Below, piece by piece: positions 50,355 to 63,244 of a stretch of 64,000 nt of DNA. Under the pieces are notes generated by a model that ran no database searches, was not told the DNA's origin, and saw only the letters and a list, made by a program, of their open reading frames with translations. Each line of letters opens with the position of its first letter. The stretch's first letter is position 1. A program made the translations under genes and the position numbers. The DNA comes from Azolla caroliniana (taxonomy: Eukaryota; Plantae; Polypodiophyta), in the NCBI GenBank assembly GCA_043228905.1, contig JBHGNT010000004.1, positions 3,472,001 to 3,536,000 on the forward strand, written 5' to 3'.

Positions 50355-50874
50355 GGAATTTAGTGCAGATCTGTCTCTCTGTCTGTCTCTGTCTCTGTCT
50401 CTCCCTCTCTCTTAAACACTAGTTTCTAGAATTTGATCTGATGCATTTCCAATCTAATGAAACGTCAAACTATAACAGATGCAATGCAAGGTCAAACAAT
50501 ACAGGTAGTTTACAATGGACATTTCCAATACAACACAGTATAATGCAACCTCAAGCTGAATGTTTTGAAAATGTGGCATGTTGGATTAAGTAATATAGGT
50601 ACATAGATCGTGGAGATAAAGTCAATGGTGTTAGCGTGTCAGAATGTGTCATGAGATTTGGTATTCCTGCGTCATTGCAGATAAGGCCTGCCCTAATCAG
50701 AAGATCACACAAGTCTTCCAATGCAAAGAAGTCAACCCCTCTAGAGTTATGCGTGTTTTCCAAAAGCATTAGCAATGAAGGTGTTTGATCCAAAGAGAGT
50801 AATATTAGAGACTAATTGGACCATTACAACTCCTCTGAGAGTGAGAGAGAGAGAGAGAGAGAGATCTGACATTC

Positions 50875-51860
50875 ATGGACTCCATGGACAATCAGCTTAT
50901 GTTTGTAGGCAGCATACTGAGGAGGATTGCGGCCATGTTGATGCTTTTGCAGATATGGACTTGCAACAATTCTGCAGCTGCAGTTACAGTTCCCATAGAC
51001 AACGCAGGAGGCCTTCCTTCAAAAGTCATGTCGAATTCATCGAGCACCGGCGTGTCTCTGTCGAACGGGAAGCTCCATCTCGACAGCACAAAGGCAAAAT
51101 TTGTCTATGCCCTGTTCCCTTACATCCCCTTCAACAGAAGTGAGCCATCCATGGGCTCCTTCAATACCTACTTCAATTTCTCCAATGCCTCCTCTGCCGG
51201 TGCGCTCGGCTTCATCGCCATCAATCCCAACTCTGACATTCTGAAACTCGAGGATCGATTGCTTGCGATTTAACTAATCTCCCCTACATATCTGGTAACA
51301 CTACCACTAAACTTGTGAACAATAGCAACTACTTGTCGCTGGTGTACAATTTCACCGCAGCGACGGCCTCGCAGGAGGCATATACTACGGCAAGGGTAGG
51401 AGATGGGTCTGTGATGTTCTTCGACTACATTTACAGTATGGGTGTTCAATCGAGCGACCAGGCACGAGGCTTCAGCGGTGACCTGCAGTATATTGATCCA
51501 GCCTCAGTGTCGAATGTATGTTCATCGATTAACGGGGATCAACTAAATGAAACCGACACTGCGTGTCCGAAAAACTTTGTAAATTTTAGAATTTACTACA
51601 TGCCTTCTGGATACAGTATCATAGGTGATTCGACACCATCGAACCTTAGTGTTTCGGTCTCTAGTTTGGTCGGGTTTTTCGCTTTCGGCGGGGGTGTGTT
51701 CGATGTGAGCTTCTGGCTATTCACTAACCTCTATACCAACAACAGTATCGTGATGGGCACCTCGGAGACCATTCTCATTGCATCAGTCTCTAGCATTCCA
51801 CATCCAAGATCAATACTCAATTTGATGCTCCTCTCTCTTTTAGTGTTCTTCTATGTTTGA
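50875..51860 (+). pseudogene. Subtype B copy B4 with a single +2 frameshift
   Basis: GCGATTTAACT at about 51265-51275, against GCGATAACT in B3 and B6. ORFs 50875-51273 and 51315-51860 otherwise reconstitute a full protein. Confidence 0.8.
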
Positions 51861-52949
51861 TATTGACATCATCAATGACAATAAACTTGTGAAGTAGCAC
51901 ATGTAAATTGTTCTTAATGTTATAAATCCAATCTCTTTGACATGTATGTAACCCTGAAAATGCCATGAATCTGACTGAATCTTAACCGATCTAAATAGCT
52001 TGATCTATCTGTAGCACAATATATTGTGCTATTTAAACCCATTTACCAATCATGTGCACAATGGGATGATACATAAGCGAATGGCAATGTTGTTATTTAG
52101 CAATCAAATCTGTGATTTATCATCAGAATAAACTCAATAAAGGAAACAAGAGTGTATATATATATATCCTCAAATGTCATAAGAGATTAGGGCATTCACT
52201 TAGAAGGTGACCTCGTCCAAAATTTACTCATTCAAATTCATTAAAAGGGCTCAAAACGTGAGCCTTTGTGGCCCAAATGGTTCTATATGTGGTAGTAGAC
52301 ATCCAAGGGACATCATCATTTAGAAACACACGCGAATCTCAATGCTCATCTTTGAAGGTTGCCACAACACCCATCAATGTGGGTTTGACTCTTCTTGTGA
52401 ACGATTATTGCAAGCAAAATTTTACCTCTGAACTTCCTCTTAAAACATAGGAAGGGGGCATCTCCAAACACATTAGTTTAAAGGGGTCATACTAAGATGG
52501 TATTTACACATCTATACTCACTTTTGAAAGTGAGGTAAAGGGGAAAACGGCCATTTTTAAGACGAGGTTGCTGCAACCTGCCATCGACGAGGGTTTGACG
52601 CTTCTCGCGAACGATTATTACAAACGAAATTTTACCTTTGAACTTCCTGTTAAACGTACAAAGATGGAACCTCAATATTGAACTCCAAAACAAAACAATA
52701 TGAATGGATCGCCTAAAATGACAGCAGATTCGTAACTTTATCAAACATTGCGCATACAATGTAGTAGCAAATATGCATAATTCTGGTAGAACCTGAATAG
52801 ATTGTTCTTACAATGCATTATTTGTCATGTTTCGTATTTATAATTTGGAAATGCCTTCATCACCACATGGGATTTCTCCGCATTACATGTGTATGTATGT
52901 GTTGCAATTAAACAACAACAAATTTCATGGAGTGTAATGCAATGTTCAA

Positions 52950-53220
52950 TGTTTTCAAGGACAATATATTGCTTTTGTCCCAATTCAACCCTTCATGTAT
53001 GCAACAAATGCTTACAATGCTTATGCAATCAAGATGAATGTACCAATATACATGACATATATGCATGGATGGAAATTTCTTTGATTTGGAATCAACAAAA
53101 TAACTATTATTGGAAGCCTAGATAATATATATGTTGCACAAGAGATCATACTACAGAAGATCAACCAATGTTTGTTGGTTCATCATAAAAGATAACTTCA
53201 TTCAGAGTCTCAATGGAAAG
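52950..53220 (+). pseudogene. Older degenerate fragments of KH gene exon 5 and exon 8
   Basis: TTTCAAGGACAATATATTGC...CCCAATTCAACCC...CTTACAATGCTTATGCAATCAAG matches exon 5. CAAAATAACTATTATTGGAAGCCTAGATAATATATATG matches exon 8. Confidence 0.75.
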
Positions 53221-54515
53221 TTAACACTACAGTTACCGCCACTTGTATTTGTGTCAACTAAACAAACAAAGAAACAAAATCGATTGGTTGAAATCTATTA
53301 TTATTTTTACATTCGACCACATAATCACTATTTTCGATTTATAACAGCTTGACATGATTCTATGTAGATTAATACAAAAATGACACATATTGCCTACATT
53401 CACCCCTTTTCTCCACTCAATATGTGGTATAGCTCCATGAATCAACAACTAAAACAGAAAATTTTCCTACTTTGTTTTATGATCCAGAGTCATTTTCCAA
53501 ATTGCTTAACTTGTTGGGGAGAAACACAATTCCATCTTCCAAAAAATGTTGGAGTTGGTTCCTTCGTGGACCTAACACATAATAGTTTCCTGCCAATCTT
53601 CATAAAATATTGAAAACAAGGCATTTGTTATCTGTTTTTGAAATGCGACTTTGCATTATATATCTTCTTCTTTCTTCAACAAAAGATTATTTAAGCACTC
53701 TAGGATCCCAAGTTTACCTAGACACTGGTTTCCTTTCTAGTATCCAGAACCTCCATAAAAGATTCACCTTCTGTGGATCCATATCTTAGAACCAATTTGA
53801 TCCATCCTTTGCTACCACGCTCACTTTAGAATCTTTTTTGTAAACAAAAACAAAACAAACCATTTTGTGTGTGTGTATCTTAACCTAATATCATCCAAGT
53901 AGCTTCTTCTTCATGACAATATTCCACTGCAGAAGTAAAGACATTCTTGAAGTCTTTCACATAATGAAGATTTACAATTTACAAGTGATTATGGTAAACA
54001 ATATTGTAATGTTAACAAAGATAGCAAGTAGGTTTAATGGAGATTTCTTCATGGTAACATAACATACCTAGAACATTTGTATCATGCATTAATTTTCACT
54101 TTGTGTATCATCATATAAGTGCATAGAATTAAAATATGCTGAAATTAGAGATTTTTTTAACATATGCAAATTTCCAAGCTAATCTACTCTTCATGTAGCT
54201 ACAACGCATTGCAACATATATTCTATGGGACTGTAGCACATGATCAACCATAAATAATAGTCTTCTTTGGTGAGTGAGAGGATTTTGATTTCGTTCACTC
54301 GAAAGGAGGAGGATAAATTCTAGTTCTGTCTAAAAGGCTGAGCATTCTTTTGCCATTTTTCAAAAATAAAGAACAAAAAAGCGGAGAACCGACAAAACAA
54401 ACATGTCACAATTCAATGTTTTTTTTTGTTACTTATTTACAATGTAAACATAGGTTTAAGAGAGCACATATATGAGCATCAGCTAATTGTTGTACAACAA
54501 GGCTTATAACGAGAT

Positions 54516-55420
54516 TTAATTCACAATGAAGAAGACAGTCAAAAGAAAGAGGAGATGCACCAGATTTCATAATATAAAGGAGACCACACATGTAATGGCT
54601 CCACTTATGATGCCATTCATCAGAACATTGTCTTCTGATTGGCTTGAGACCATACTAGTGTTGTAGTCGGGATAAAATGTGTGGACAAATGTTGTACAAC
54701 ATTGCCATTGATACCAACACACTATTGCCGAAGGCGAAGAACCCGCCAAAGCGAGACACCGGAAGAGGTTGTGTTAAATTAGTCAAATGATGGATAACAT
54801 TCATCATGAATTCCACGATGCCCCAAACTTCCGTCCATCTGCGGACATGAGGTGTCACGATAAGTGCTTTCGGACAAGTACGCAGCCAGGCTTCCGATTG
54901 TCGTGACGCTATGTATTGGAGCCCTCCAGTGAGACATCGGAGATCATGACTAGGATTGGACACTTCCTCCTCCAAGCTCACTTTACAATCTAAGAAAAAG
55001 AGCCCCAGGTCCCCAACGATATTCTACACATACTCAATTGCCAACATGTTGGTGCTCACGGTTGTGTTGTTGATGACCATACACAAGTAGGTGCTACTAG
55101 ATTTGTTCACATCCGCGTACCCTCCGCTTGAGGGCAAAGTGTTGATAGCATCTCCGAGTTGTGGATGATCTGAGACAAGGTTAATTATTGTAGCGAATCG
55201 ACCTTCGAGCTTCTTCTTTGATGAGCTAGAACCCATGGTAGGTTGCGAGTCTGGATCGATGATGATAAAACCAAATGTGTCAGACAATGCATTTGTTGTG
55301 AAATTGAAGGTAGTGTCAAAGCATCCCATGTTGGGATCGCTAGCATTGATTCAACAATTGTAAGGGAACAGGTCGTACACTCTGCCTCTATATGTGCTAT
55401 CCAAAGTGAGCTTCCTATTC
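54516..55420 (-). pseudogene. Subtype A copy A3, 5'-truncated with multiple frameshifts
   Basis: ORF fragments MGCFDTTFNFTT..KKKLEGRFATII, SLEEEVSNPSHDLR and NLTQPLPVSRFGGFFAFGN. Confidence 0.85.
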
Positions 55421-55973
55421 GATTGAGATTTAATGTTAGCATAATAACACTTTGTCTTGGATTTAAAAACCAATTTTCTCACATCTCTACTACTCCCTAC
55501 ATATCTCTTAATTCACTAAATGCCACTATGCAATGTAATGCAATGTAGCAGTTCAACCCATGACCTCGTGGCCTCCATTAGGCAATCTTACCAACTGAAG
55601 CTCTCTCGTTTCTTTTTTATTACAATTAACTTACCTCGGTGGTAAGCTGTTAATATTGCTAGCATTACGTTTAGGATTCAAAACCCAATTTTCTTACCTC
55701 TTAATTTCCAAGATGCCACTGTGGAATGTAGGGGGGTTACAATCCATAACCTCTCTCACCACTTTCATGTAGGTCATGTAGTATTTATATGTAGTTTGGG
55801 TAGATATTGACTTTGAACATGTAGATACATTGCGCTCTCCTAATGGCAAACTACGTGCATACAAGTGGAGGAAGGATATGAACATGATCATTGCATTGCA
55901 TACCCACGTGTCGTGGGTACGTTGGCTATAGAAAGAGCCTAGGAGCACTTGTACCATTACAAGGTGCATCCTC

Positions 55974-56026
<53 letters not shown>

Positions 56027-56036
56027 TGACTTTGCT

Positions 56037-56945
56037 ATGTTCATATGTACTAGCAGGAAGATGATGATAAGAATGCTTGTCATGTCCATGATTGTAATGC
56101 TGATGTGGGCTATCCAATCAGTAACACACACAGCAGCCCTTCCTGAGCCGGACATCTCGAACTCATCGAGCATCGGCGTGTCTCTATCGAATAAAAAGCT
56201 AACACTCAACAGCACAGGTGCAAACTTAGTCTATGCTCTCTTCCCTTACATCCCCGACAACACTAGTGATCCTTCCATGAGTTCCTTCCACACCTTTTTC
56301 AAATTCAAGAGAAACTCGTCCATCGGTGCACTCGGCTTCATCACCATCGATCCCAACTCCAACAAAACGAAGCTCGAGGATAGATTGCTTTCGATAGCTA
56401 ATCGTGACTACTTAAATAATAAGAGCACTGTATACAATAGCAACTACTTGGCCATGGTGTACAACATCACGCGGGATTTGAAATACACTATGGTGACTTC
56501 AGGAGGCGAACCTGTGGGGTCATTCGATGTATTTGGTGATGCCCAAGAACAAAACTACACCGCCACATTAATATATGGCAATCCGGCCTCAATGTCGAAA
56601 AGATGCCAACCAATATATAGCAACGACTCCATGTGTCCAAGCACCGTAGTGACACTTAACATTTTCGACACCTATGGCTACAGTACCTTGGATGCTCGGA
56701 TTACACCATCAAATTTCACTCTTTCCACATCTCGCTTGATTGGGTTTTTCGCTTTCGGTGGTGGAGTATTTGAAGTGAGCTTCTGGCAGTTCATAAACTT
56801 GGATACGGACAGGTTGGTGGGCATACTATATCCGTTCCCGTCCGATGCCATGAGCAATGAATCAATGCGTAGCATTCCATATCCAGGCTCAATATTAGAG
56901 TTCATGCTCATGGCCTTCCTTTTAATCTTCTTCAAACTTGTTTGA
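56037..56945 (+). CDS. Divergent subtype B copy B5, intact, about 302 aa
   Basis: Open frame whose likely start follows the (GA)n tract. Has a signal peptide, the conserved family motifs, IGFFAFGGGVFEVSFWQF and a hydrophobic C-terminus. Confidence 0.82.
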   Translation: MFICTSRKMMIRMLVMSMIVMLMWAIQSVTHTAALPEPDISNSSSIGVSLSNKKLTLNSTGANLVYALFPYIPDNTSDPSMSSFHTFFKFKRNSSIGALGFITIDPNSNKTKLEDRLLSIANRDYLNNKSTVYNSNYLAMVYNITRDLKYTMVTSGGEPVGSFDVFGDAQEQNYTATLIYGNPASMSKRCQPIYSNDSMCPSTVVTLNIFDTYGYSTLDARITPSNFTLSTSRLIGFFAFGGGVFEVSFWQFINLDTDRLVGILYPFPSDAMSNESMRSIPYPGSILEFMLMAFLLIFFKLV

Positions 56946-56984
56946 TCTCTCAACGAAATCAACCCTTAAAGTCACACATGACAT

Positions 56985-57617
56985 CATAGATTGACATATT
57001 TGCATTCGTCGGGTTTCCCATTGGAATGCAAACGAATACGAATACGAATGGGCGGTCAAGTATTCGTTTAACTTTAAAAAAAACAAAAAAAACTTTGTCT
57101 TTTTTAATTTTCTAGGATAAAAAAAAAGGAGCTTAAACAATAAATAGGGATAATAAAAGAGAGACTTGGGGATTTGTCATTATTAAATTTTTATAATAAA
57201 TGTATAACTTATAAATTATAAGTATTTATTTTATTTTTAATAAATAAAATAAAAGCTCATTAATTTCTCACTTTTTATTCCCTCAAAATTTATGGATATT
57301 TTTATTTTGACATTAAATATAGTACTTCAAACTAATCATATATTCAAAGTTTATACTAATCATATTTGTATAGTAAATATAAAAATATTCGTTTTTTAAA
57401 AATTGATTAATTAAAATAAGTTTCATAAACTGTCTTGACACTATAATTTATTAATGAATAATTGTTCTTTTTTTGGTAAAATAAATAAATAAATATTTTA
57501 TATCTATTTTACAAAACGAATGGTTTTTTAATATTCTTATGGCCATTTCATATTCTCGAATATAGAGAATATTGCGCATGGAGAATATCACGAATATCAC
57601 ACATGTGTCAATCTATG
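56985..57617. mobile_element. hAT-like non-autonomous DNA transposon (MITE)
   Basis: TIRs CATAGATTGACATAT / ATGTGTCAATCTATG, 8-bp TSD CATGACAT / CATAACAT, AT-rich interior and subterminal CGAATA motifs. Confidence 0.72.
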
Positions 57618-57622
57618 CATAA

Positions 57623-58453
57623 CATATATCAATTTGTTGTTATATATCACCCGGTATGCGTCATAACTAGTTTGTTCTCGTAGATCCAAATCGCTCTCCA
57701 TGTGCATACTTATCTTAGGTTGTGGATCAAAGTGATTTGTTAAGCCACACGTATTTGCACGTTCACGATCTTCATATAAAAGTGTCCACTATCTTATATT
57801 GATTATACTTATCTTGGGTTGGGATTGAAAGTGATTTGTTAAGCCATATTTGCACGTCCACGATCTTCATATAAAAGTGTCCACTATCCTATTTTGAAAG
57901 CATTGTGAGGATGAATCACAATAATTTTGTTCTTTTTTTGCCTTGTGGAAAACAAGGAAACCTAACAATGAATGTTTTCCATTGACCACACTAAATTAAG
58001 TGTAAAATAGGACGGAGATGAGGCGATGTGCTACTTCATATATCAATTTGTTGTTATATATCACCCGGTATGCGTCATAACTAGTTTGTTCTCGTAGATC
58101 CAAATCGCTCTCCATGTGCATACTTATCTTGGGTTGTGGATCAAAGTGATTTGTTAAGCCTCACGTATTTGCACGTTCACGATCTTCATATAAAAGTGTC
58201 CACTATCTTATATTGATTATACTTATCTTGGGTTGGGATTGAAAGTGATTTGTTAAGCCATATTTGCACGTCCACGATCTTCATATAAAAGTGTCCACTA
58301 TCCTATTTTGAAAGCATTGTGAGGATGAATCACAAGAATTTTGTTCTTTTTTTGCCTTGTGGAAAACAAGGAAACCTAACAATGAATGTTTTCCATTGAC
58401 CACACTAAATTAAGTGTAAAATAGGACGGAGATGAGGCGATGTGCTACTTCAT
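57623..58453 (+). repeat. 414-bp near-perfect tandem duplication, each copy with an older internal duplication of about 100 bp
   Basis: CATATATCAATTTG starts at 57623 and 58037. The internal unit ATACTTATCTT.GGTTG starts at about 57706 and 57806. Confidence 0.9.
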
Positions 58454-60194
58454 GTAACTTCAATAGAATAATAATATATATATAAACAAAGGCGGGGTTT
58501 AAAAAGGTGTACCCCAATTGAAAGAGGTGCAACTTTCTGATGTGTATTATTATAAAGCTACAACTTTACATGATATGCATTATCATAAGGGTACTCCTAA
58601 GAAGCTAGTTGTAATATTACTTTAACAACATATATTAGCTTTCTCTCTATATATATAATTCGCGGACATGGTATCAAAGCAAAGAACCAAACCTAAACAA
58701 GAAGTTTCTCATGCTAAACATGTTAAACATGCAAGAAATGACCAATGTGGCAGTCAATGTTGTGTAGAGCTATCATCTCGTACTTATATATAGAAATCTA
58801 AATGAGGAAAAATATTAACCATGGCATAAGGTCCACGAAGTCATTCTCCAACAATGTAATTTGTTGATGACCTTCCATGGAATTGATAAGATAAACATCA
58901 TTCTCCAACATTATGTAAACATTTCATGCAAACCTCCTTCTTCATAAGGTAAACACAATCACATAGAGTGTTTGGAACATAAGTACCTCCAAGGAAACTT
59001 GGGATTACTTGGAGGCAAATTACATTCGTATATTTGTGAATAATATATTCGGAAATATTATACTCATCTTACAATGATCACATTTGTAAATACCAAATAT
59101 AGAGAATTGACTCTGTAATAAACTCTTTATTACTAAATGTGCATGCGGACCTCCTTTATAAGGAAAAGATAGTGAAAGAGAGTATTTCAAACATTAGAAC
59201 TACCGTGAGATTGATTGGAGATAAACTGCCTCCATAGTGATGTACTTCCAATGTAGAGAACCAGAAAGCATTTATTTTAACAATAATTGGAAATAATTGG
59301 AGAAAGGAGCCATATAAGTTAGTTGATCGGGTCCATTAGTCAGTATAAGAGCATTTCTCTCTCAGCCCCCCGAACTAATCCGCTCTTAATCTCATCAAGT
59401 ACTGTCTCTCATGGAGACCATGGCCCAAGGGAACATTTGCTACGAAATTGCTGCATGGTTGGTTAACATTATGCCGATGCACTACATCATAGTATATTTA
59501 ATAAATTTGGACTCCAGATCATGTGCAAAAAAATGTACTTATAGAAAGTATCAAGGAGCACTCCATTACAAGGTGCATCCTCATTTTGATGGTTATGTGT
59601 CCATTATGCACTTCTAGACTTGGAATGGATGCCTAGGGAAGCGGGAATCAAAATTTGCTTTTTGTGGGTTTTATTTAGAATTTACGCAACATGGCTTATG
59701 GAACTATATGTCTAAATGTTCTGTTTGGAAACGTATGTTGTGCCTCATTGATGTTGCGTAGGAACGTAAACATATGTTGCGTAGGGGAGATGAGATGATG
59801 TAACTCTTCATATAACTTTAATTTTAATAGAAAAGTGATACATAATAAAAACAAAGGAGGTTTTGGAAAGGTGTGCCCCAATTAAAAGGGCACAACTTTA
59901 AATTTTATTTTGTGTATTATTATAAACCTACAACTTCACATGATACTTATTTTCATTAGGCTACACCTTGGAGGTTGACTCTAACTTACATAGAACGTAA
60001 TATATTCGAATGCATTTGCAAACATTCTTTTCCATACGTTTGCAAATGAATGCGTATGGTATGAAAAGCTAATACGTTTCTTATGTTATGAATACTTATG
60101 TTTTCTTTTTTACATTTTTTACCTTAAGTTTCTTACCTACAAATAAGTTGCACCTTCAGCTTTGAGCAAAGGCTGGGAATAAATAATGAATACA

Positions 60195-60351
60195 TGGCTA
60201 GCCAGGAACTATATAATCATGTGATCCATGGCTAGCCATTGTCTTACCCAAGATGGGCTTGGGAAGGATAGTCACTTCCTTTTCATCTAGTTTGTAGCTT
60301 ATATGCCTTTTTTAAAAACTAATGGAAGGATATTTTGTTTTAAAAAATAAT
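60195..60351 (+). mobile_element. Short L1-tail retroposed insertion (truncated LINE or SINE)
   Basis: 13-bp TSD AATAATGAATACA at 60182-60194 and 60352-60364. Its 3' end AACTAATGGAAGGA..TTTT..AAAAAA matches the L1 tails at about 21165 and about 23072. Confidence 0.65.
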
Positions 60352-61984
60352 AATAATGAATACAAAAGTATGGTATTTACCATACTTCAAGGGTGTTTAT
60401 CATACTCTAATGATTGAAACATACTCAAATGCGAATGCACATATGGTTCTTACAGTGGGACTTGAAAGATATGTTAAATTTATATAATTCTACATGGTAT
60501 CCCTCCAAAGGAGCCGAACTGGCCAAACAAGAAGGTTGTCATGTTATTGAATATGATTAGAGTTCCTATCTAATCTAATAGATGTTTTCGACCATGTAAA
60601 ACATGCAAGAAATTACAAAAGTGGCAGCTTAAATGTTCCTGCCAACCTCCTCCATAACAAAAACGCAATTAGATAGTGCTTGGAACATAACTACCTCTAA
60701 GGAAACATCGGATTGGTTCGAGACAAACTAGCCTCATATTGACGTACTTCTCATTTAAATATTATGACCGGTTTGATCTGTCAATAGATATAGATATGTG
60801 TGGACCCTTATCCACTTCTATCTATCCTGTAATATGTATTTCTATACAATATTTTTAAATGATTATACCCATTTTACAATGGTCATATTTTCAAAATAAT
60901 AACTATAGAGAATCAAATATGTAATAAATTCATCATTACGTTTATGACCTATATATTACTACTATAGAATATAGGCATTGATTGTGTTTTCAATCCAATT
61001 CAAATCATTTGGAAATTGCGATCATAAAACTATAAAATCGTCATTATAATTATGGGCTATAACATGATTCATATATATACATATTGACTCATGAGAGGAC
61101 ACATAGATTGCATGAATTCAATGTTCACACATGTCACCAAGTGTCCATCATGCATTTGCTCATGCATATGCGTTCAGTGTCCTCGACATGCATTTTAATG
61201 TGAAGCCGATTTAAAGAGGTTCGCAATCAAAATGAAGCATTTGGGTTCAAATTGTGATTCAAACCACAAACGAAAAAGAGAAAAAAGAAACAAAAGCACA
61301 GAGGAGGTCAATTGAGAGAGTTGAAGAGAGACAAAATAATGTAGGTGGAGTACTTTTACATTTTACAATTTTTAAAGTTTGCAATAATAATTTGCCCATT
61401 AGGGCCACAAAGAGGAGCTCAATTGAGAGAGTTGAAGAGATAGACAAAATATGTAATGTCAATGGGCTAACTTTACAAATTTTTACAAATTTCAAAGTTT
61501 GCATACAATAATTCCTCCATTACGGCCACACCATTCTTTGTATATGTATATGAGTAATCATCGTCCAAGATGGATGTCGCTAGAAATCCTTAAAGTTCCC
61601 GCGTAATCCTCAAGCAAAATATCATCCATGCTAACTACGAGAGATTGAAGAGGGGAGATCAAATCATCTACGAAATCCCCAAGCAACACGTAAAGTAGCT
61701 TGCAACATACATTTTAAGTTTGTGATCCGAGTATATGGTTATTACTACGTCATATGAATTCCACAAGGCCTTGTGATAAATTGGATTATCAAGGATTATC
61801 CAAGTTCTCAATGGATATCCTAAAGCATATGGACTAAGTGGCCATTATCATTTTATTCCCACGAAACATTGGTGGTTCAAAAAAATGCTAATAATGCTCC
61901 AAAATCCAATAGAGTTGTTTGTGGGATTCTCAACTATCACTTAATCATCCATGAACAAACTTGGGTCTGAATGCTAGTAGTCTT

Positions 61985-62560
61985 AGTGAAAGAGCCCGGC
62001 CTTGGGGCAACAATATTCTGAATGTGCTCGATTTGTCAACGAACCGGAGCTCACAGTTATGTAGTCAAAATGGCCACACACACAAGTAGGTGCTACTACT
62101 AGGTTTGTTGACATAGGTACCCTCCACTTGAGGAATTGATCTTCCGAATTGTGGCGCGACAGTCGCCTAGGGTTAATTATTGTCACGAACTAATACTCCT
62201 CCAGCTTCTTCTGCTCGATGATGAGGATCTAATTAATTAAGGTTGACATGGGGATCAATGGCGATCAAAGTGAAAGTTCCGGTCGGCATTTTTGTTGTGA
62301 AATGGAAGGTCTTGTTGAAGCTTGGTAGGCATTTTATATGTGAAATGGAAGGTCTTGTTGAAGCTTGGAACACATGTTACGGGTCACTTCCATTAAAGGG
62401 TTTCCAAGGGAATACACTGAAGTCTGTATGACATATGCAGTGGAAGGCCTTCTAATTAGCTACCAAAACTAGGATATATATTTAAGTATGTATTGTGATG
62501 TGTTACCTTATCTGCAATATTTGTGGTGGTGATGAATACATTTGCTATATACTTTTCAAA
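61985..62560 (-). pseudogene. Highly degenerate subtype A relic A4
   Basis: Matches A copies at GAAAGAGCCCGG, CAGTTATGTAGT..GCCACACACACAAGTAGGTGCTACT, CCGAATTGTGG, TTTTTGTTGTGAAAT, TGGAAGGCCT and TATCTGCAATATT. Confidence 0.7.
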
Positions 62561-63244
62561 TATATCAATGTCCTTGTTGAAATACATGACGCACAATATT
62601 GGCCTTGGAAGACCCACTTTTGTTGTTATGCCTAATATTCGGCTACTTTTCAATTGGGCTTGTTCGATTATTTTCGAAGATCACATTGTGAAGTCGATAT
62701 TGTCATGATGTTGTTAGGTGGTAAATTATGTTAGCATCTAAGAATGAATGACTTTATATGCCATGTTGTCACAAATGCTTGAAATGGTGTTGGTTAGCAT
62801 ATATAAGGAAAGATGGCCAAGACAGATAGTACATACCGAAAGGCGATATTTGTTGATGCCCCAACATCAGCTATGATTCATGGTGAAGGAGTACCAACTA
62901 CTCTTTGCTTACTCTTCTTTCCTCTTCATTATAAGGCTATAGATTTCCGAAAATGTGGACGATTTTTCGGCTTGACATTGTGTAGAATATGCAACTTTAG
63001 GTCACAACATCAGATCAATTATTGTGTCGTACAAGCTGACTTCCAAGTTACACTTTCTGTGATTACAAATTGAGCGCTATATACATAATACAACTGTAGA
63101 ATTGATGGAGGAGTTATATATAAGAGAGTTATTCCACATTAGAGAAAAAAAGAAAGAAAGAAAGAAAGAAAGATATGTTAGCATCTTCTAAGACCCAAAT
63201 TTGGCCCATGAAGTAGAATGAGAGTGAGAGAGAGAGAGAGAGAG

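Noticed and set aside
55974-56036. N-terminal MRERERE extension of B5
   Set aside because: It is a microsatellite translation, and the signal peptide starts downstream.
58669-58680. PBS-like TGGTATCAAAGC
   Set aside because: No identifiable upstream LTR or downstream gag; it lies in old duplicated non-coding DNA.
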